Under the pieces are notes generated by a model that saw only the letters and a program-made list of their open reading frames with translations, made no database searches and was not told where the DNA came from. Of a DNA stretch of 64,000 nucleotides, positions 60,371 through 64,000 are shown piece after piece. The stretch's first letter is position 1, and every line of letters starts with the position of its first letter. The stretch comes from a virus (taxonomy: Duplodnaviria; Caudoviricetes), in IMG/VR virus record IMGVR_UViG_2711768077_000003, positions 1,191-65,190 of that record; one strand, written 5' to 3'. Position numbers and translations under genes: made by a program.

Positions 60371-60841
60371 ATGTCATATACAGTGGGGGCGCTTTCGGTC
60401 GGGATGCTGCTTGCGCTATCGGCTTGTGCGAAGACCGGGACTACTGCACTTCCGGCGTATCAGTTGGCGAATGGCCGCGTTCTCCAGGACGTCGTTACCG
60501 TGGCCGCCGACACGTCTGGAGGTGCCCCCGTGCTTACCGCACTGACGACCTACGATATTAGCCAACCCGGCAAGACGATTGTGATCGCCCGCGAGTCCGC
60601 TTCTTCTCCTGGAGTCGGATCGGTCATGGCGTCTGGACTCGGCAGCGCCGCGGTTACCTCGGCGGCCATACTGGGTTCTGCGGCGATATTGGACGGTCAC
60701 AACGATGGCGACACCGTCGTGAATGCGAGCTATGCCACGTCTGGAAATACAGCCATGGGAGACGGTGATCCCGGTGACATTGACGCATTGACGGCAGCGG
60801 TTGGCGATTGTGGGAGGGGCGATTGCAGCGCGAGCAACTGA
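60371..60841 (+). CDS. Putative lipoprotein (moron)
   Basis: RBS gaggt; lipobox LSAC; Gly/Ala hydrophobic segment; ends SGN...DIDA.T...DCSASN. Confidence 0.72.
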   Translation: MSYTVGALSVGMLLALSACAKTGTTALPAYQLANGRVLQDVVTVAADTSGGAPVLTALTTYDISQPGKTIVIARESASSPGVGSVMASGLGSAAVTSAAILGSAAILDGHNDGDTVVNASYATSGNTAMGDGDPGDIDALTAAVGDCGRGDCSASN

Positions 60842-61051
60842 CGAATCCCCGGAGGATTGGTGACGGCATCCCTGTGCGTCCAATAAGTGCTTTTTTTCCC
60901 GCTAAAGCGTCGGGGCAATTCCAATGGTTGTGCCGCAAAGGTGTATAGCGTCATCGGCCGGACCGTCCGCCGAATGTGCTATTCAGTGACGTTTGCTCTT
61001 CTACGGAAAGCGGACATCCGATGAACGGCAGCTCGGTCCGCATTGCTGGCG

Positions 61052-61684
61052 CTACAGCTTCCCCCCCACCCACTTCGCGACGATCAGCCCCGGCACGCTG
61101 TCGAGCGCCCGCTCGGCGTCTCCGTCGAGATCGAGCCGCTTCGGCAGCTTAACCTGCGGCACTAGCAGGAAGATCGGCGCAGTCACTTGACCGCGGCCGG
61201 TCTTCGATCGCGAGGCGACCGCTTGGCCGCGTGTGTTTAGCCGCGCCTTGGCGGCCACCAGCAGGCTAGGGCCGCGGCGGCGATAGACGAAGCGCAGGCG
61301 AAGCCCTCGGCGGCGCTCCCACTCACCGGGGGTGATCTTGCCGCCCCGGAGCCCGCGCCCGGCCGCTTCGGTCGGGATCGCGAGCCAGAAACCATTCTTC
61401 GAGCGGATCAGCGGCCCGGTGTCGTGGGCGCCGACGATCACCGGTGCCTTCGACCAGACCAGAGCCGCAGCGTTCAGGCTCTCGCCGGCCTTGGGATAGG
61501 TTTGACTCCGGATCGAGTTCGCCAGCTGCCGGCCGAGCCCGGCGCCTGTGATCTGGCCGCGCCAAGCGGTCTTGAGGCCAGTCCCGGCCTCGCGCATGGC
61601 GGCGGAGACCGCCTTCTCGCCGGCATTCACCTCCGCGGCCATGGCGGCGACGAGATCGGGCGTGGTGTCGAACTTCAGTTTCAT
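61052..61684 (-). CDS. DUF6441-like neck/tail completion protein
   Basis: LKTAWRGQITGAGLG, WLAIPTEAAG, PIFLLVPQVKL. Confidence 0.78.
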   Translation of the reverse strand: MKLKFDTTPDLVAAMAAEVNAGEKAVSAAMREAGTGLKTAWRGQITGAGLGRQLANSIRSQTYPKAGESLNAAALVWSKAPVIVGAHDTGPLIRSKNGFWLAIPTEAAGRGLRGGKITPGEWERRRGLRLRFVYRRRGPSLLVAAKARLNTRGQAVASRSKTGRGQVTAPIFLLVPQVKLPKRLDLDGDAERALDSVPGLIVAKWVGGKL

Positions 61685-61746
61685 CGAGGTCGCCATTCAG
61701 TTTCCTGCCTGCATGTGACACACTGGCTTTCTAAAATGAGGAGAAG

Positions 61747-62037
61747 ATGATGAGCGATCGTGACGTGTACGTGGAGAAGATGAAGGCGAAGCTGGACGAG
61801 TGGAACGCAGACATCGACAAGTTGCAGGCCCAGGCCAAGGCTGCGGAAGCCGATGCCAAGGCGAATAACGAAAAGCAGCTTGCTGAGATGCGCACTCAGC
61901 GAGACGAGGCTCAGGCGAAGCTGAAAGAGGCGCAAAACGCCAGCGATGCGGCGTGGGATGACATGCGCAAAGGAATGGAAAACGCCTGGGACAACATCTC
62001 GACTTCGTTCAAGAGCGCGATGAGACGCTTCCAGTAA
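61747..62037 (+). CDS. Small coiled-coil protein (moron)
   Basis: YVEKMKAKLDEWNADIDKL...AWDDMRKGMENAW; strong RBS gaggag. Confidence 0.8.
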   Translation: MMSDRDVYVEKMKAKLDEWNADIDKLQAQAKAAEADAKANNEKQLAEMRTQRDEAQAKLKEAQNASDAAWDDMRKGMENAWDNISTSFKSAMRRFQ

Positions 62038-62061
62038 CGTGATCCCGGGCGAGCTTCAGCT

Positions 62062-62373
62062 TCATGCCGGCCGCAAATCCACAGTCCAGACGAGCCGCTC
62101 GCGGTCGCGGACAGGTTCTCCCTGGATGAGGAAGGCCTCGCCCTCGATCTCGATCCGGTCGCCCGGACGCGGGGTCGGGACTTCCGCGACGCGCAGATCG
62201 ATGCGCGTGGTCTCCGACCAGAGGCGCGCGTCGCCGAAGCCGGTGGTGTCGTCCGCCCGGCGCGCCACGGCCCGGACGAGGACGGGTGCGCCACCCTCGG
62301 GGGTGTAGACGGCGTCGCGTGCGACATTGCCATCCGCGAACAGGGCGTCCAACGCCATTGCGACAGCCATCAT
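62062..62373 (-). CDS. Head-tail joining protein (lambda FII-like)
   Basis: Follows the capsid gene; PRPGDRIEIEG, RDRERLVW. Confidence 0.75.
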   Translation of the reverse strand: MMAVAMALDALFADGNVARDAVYTPEGGAPVLVRAVARRADDTTGFGDARLWSETTRIDLRVAEVPTPRPGDRIEIEGEAFLIQGEPVRDRERLVWTVDLRPA

Positions 62374-63386
62374 CAGGTCCGCCTTGCCGAGCGCAGAACC
62401 TGCGGGCGGGTGCAGATCGGCAACGGGTTGCTCTCGATCTCGAGGCGCACCCATTCGTCCCGGTCGCGGTCTGGGATCATGCGCGCGTAGAGCGGCAGAC
62501 CCACCGTGTTGACTGTCTCGAACGTGTCGGCGGGGGCGTAGTAGATCTCGAACAGCCCCTCGACCCCCTCGGGGTAGAAGTACGCCTTGTCCGTGGACAC
62601 GCCGAAGCCCAGCCCGCCCCGATAGCGCCGGAAGGTGATGCCGCCGAAGCTGACCTCCTCGCCCACGCGCCCGCGCAGATCTGCGGCCGCGGCAGTGTTT
62701 AGATAGGTCTCGCGCACCTCCTTGTGGGCGACCAGATCGGCGAAGAAGGCCGAGCCGCATTCGGCGCGCAGCTGCACCTGACCGGCGGCGAGACCGCCGA
62801 GGCTGTCCTCGACGCTTTCGATCATGGCTTGGCAGCGCTTGCGCAAGGCCCCCGAAGCCGGGGTGGCATTGTCCAGATCGAAGTCGACCTCCGCGGCCGG
62901 GGTGATGGCGAACTCGGCGTGGTAGTCGATGACCGTTGCCCCGTCCCTGGGATCCTTCACCACGCCCTGGATGCCGTTGAACAGGTGGAACTCAAACGTC
63001 GCCTCGGCATCGTTCCTGAGTCGGCCCAGTTTGCGCGCCACCTCGGTCTGCACCTGCTGGACGGCGGTTTCCGAACCAAAGTCACGGACTGCCTGGATCT
63101 CCGAGGCCCAGAGCACGTCCTGCTTCTTGAACTGTCGGCAGACGAAGGCGCGCATCTCGCGGCGCTCCGGGATCTGGCTCTCATAGGCCGAGCCGCGTTC
63201 GGAGAACGGGATCAGCGACAGGGTGCCGTCGCGGCTCTCGATCATTACGGTGCGGCTGCGGACGCCGCGGGCGCCGAAGAGCCCGGCCCCCGAGAGGATC
63301 GCGGGCTTGAAGGGGATGTTCTCGAGCGCGCGGGTCAGCTCGACAATGGTGAAGGCATCGCCTTCGAAGATGTCCATGGTGGCCAT
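62373..63386 (-). CDS. Major capsid protein (lambda E-like)
   Basis: MDIFEGDAF, FGGITFRRYRG, APADTFETVNT.G, ESNPLPICTRP. Confidence 0.92.
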   Translation of the reverse strand: MATMDIFEGDAFTIVELTRALENIPFKPAILSGAGLFGARGVRSRTVMIESRDGTLSLIPFSERGSAYESQIPERREMRAFVCRQFKKQDVLWASEIQAVRDFGSETAVQQVQTEVARKLGRLRNDAEATFEFHLFNGIQGVVKDPRDGATVIDYHAEFAITPAAEVDFDLDNATPASGALRKRCQAMIESVEDSLGGLAAGQVQLRAECGSAFFADLVAHKEVRETYLNTAAAADLRGRVGEEVSFGGITFRRYRGGLGFGVSTDKAYFYPEGVEGLFEIYYAPADTFETVNTVGLPLYARMIPDRDRDEWVRLEIESNPLPICTRPQVLRSARRT

Positions 63387-63426
63387 GGGAATGCCTCCGG
63401 GTCAGGAATTGGGGGGTGGCGCGGGA

Positions 63427-63792
63427 TCAGCGGACGAGAATGCCCGCGGCGAGCAGCGCCGCATGGGCGGCCGTGATCTCGGCCTCAGCGAGCGTGCCAG
63501 TGAATACGAGGTCGTGAGGGTTGACGATGGCGGGGCCGCGGACGAGGGCGACGGCCGGTGCATCGCCGGCGCTCGCATCCGCCTTGCCCCACAGCACCGC
63601 GACCGCGGTCTCGGTGCCGTCGATTGCGGCGGGATCGTGCGCGGCGTATTTGCCCGAGCCGGTGATCTTGCCCAGGACCGTGCCGGGTGCGAGCGTGCCC
63701 GCGGCGACGGTGATGGTCTCGCGGGTGTAGTCGCGCAGCACTTCCCAGACGAGGAAGCCGCCGGGGTGCGTGCCTTCTGTGAGCGAGGGCAT
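63427..63792 (-). CDS. Head decoration protein (lambda D-like)
   Basis: RETIT..G.L.PGTVLGKIT.SGKY..DP.A.DG. Confidence 0.85.
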   Translation of the reverse strand: MPSLTEGTHPGGFLVWEVLRDYTRETITVAAGTLAPGTVLGKITGSGKYAAHDPAAIDGTETAVAVLWGKADASAGDAPAVALVRGPAIVNPHDLVFTGTLAEAEITAAHAALLAAGILVR

Positions 63793-63795
63793 GGC

Positions 63796-64000
63796 TTATC
63801 CTTTCAACTTGAAGGTGCGGGCGATGACATCGCCCCAGGGGCGCGTGGTCTCGCTGCGCCCGGGTTGCGGGTGATGCGGATTGATCTGCGGCGCGGCCTC
63901 GGCCTTTGCGTCAAGAAGGCTCGCGCGCACCGCATCCAGGCTGGCGTCTTCCTCAAGGAAGCGCCCGGCCATCTGCGGCTGGCCTGCCAGGCGGCAGAGG
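63796..64000 (-). CDS. C-terminus of capsid protease/scaffold (S49-like), partial
   Basis: ...LCRLAGQPQMAGRFLEEDASLDAVRASLL...PWGDVIARTFKLKG*; directly upstream of the decoration protein gene. Confidence 0.65.
   Translation of the reverse strand, partial: LCRLAGQPQMAGRFLEEDASLDAVRASLLDAKAEAAPQINPHHPQPGRSETTRPWGDVIARTFKLKG

Noticed and set aside
47373-64000. Gene transfer agent (RcGTA) cluster
   Set aside because: The tail-tip genes are GTA-like, but the capsid and decoration proteins are lambda E/D type and the tape measure is 809 aa, which indicates a prophage.

Overview
High-GC sequence, most likely an alphaproteobacterium (Rhodobacteraceae-like), made almost entirely of mobile DNA. (1) 1-24.8 kb is an integrative prophage-like element. 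It carries a minus-strand replication/recombination module: a primase with an in-frame amber stop and an internal iteron-like array, a RecD-like helicase, a PD-(D/E)XK nuclease, an AAA ATPase, a RuvC-like protein and a sigma-like protein. Next come a PLD-type nuclease, two probable regulators and a DUF2924 + large serine recombinase module. Its cargo is a type I R-M system with an embedded PrrC-type anticodon nuclease, and it ends at a tRNA-3'-like att remnant. (2) 25-47 kb holds IS debris and then an unexplained plus-strand cluster: a 3-TM membrane protein, two giant signal-peptide-less proteins (about 3690 and 2432 aa) and a lysozyme-like protein. This is the best candidate for an undescribed system. 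(3) 47.4-64 kb is a minus-strand siphovirus module with a lambda-like head and an RcGTA-like tail tip. It has a -1 frameshifted tail chaperone, several opposite-strand morons (including two exported proteins sharing a C-terminal motif) and a 150-bp MITE. All family assignments come from motif recognition by eye; no database search was run.
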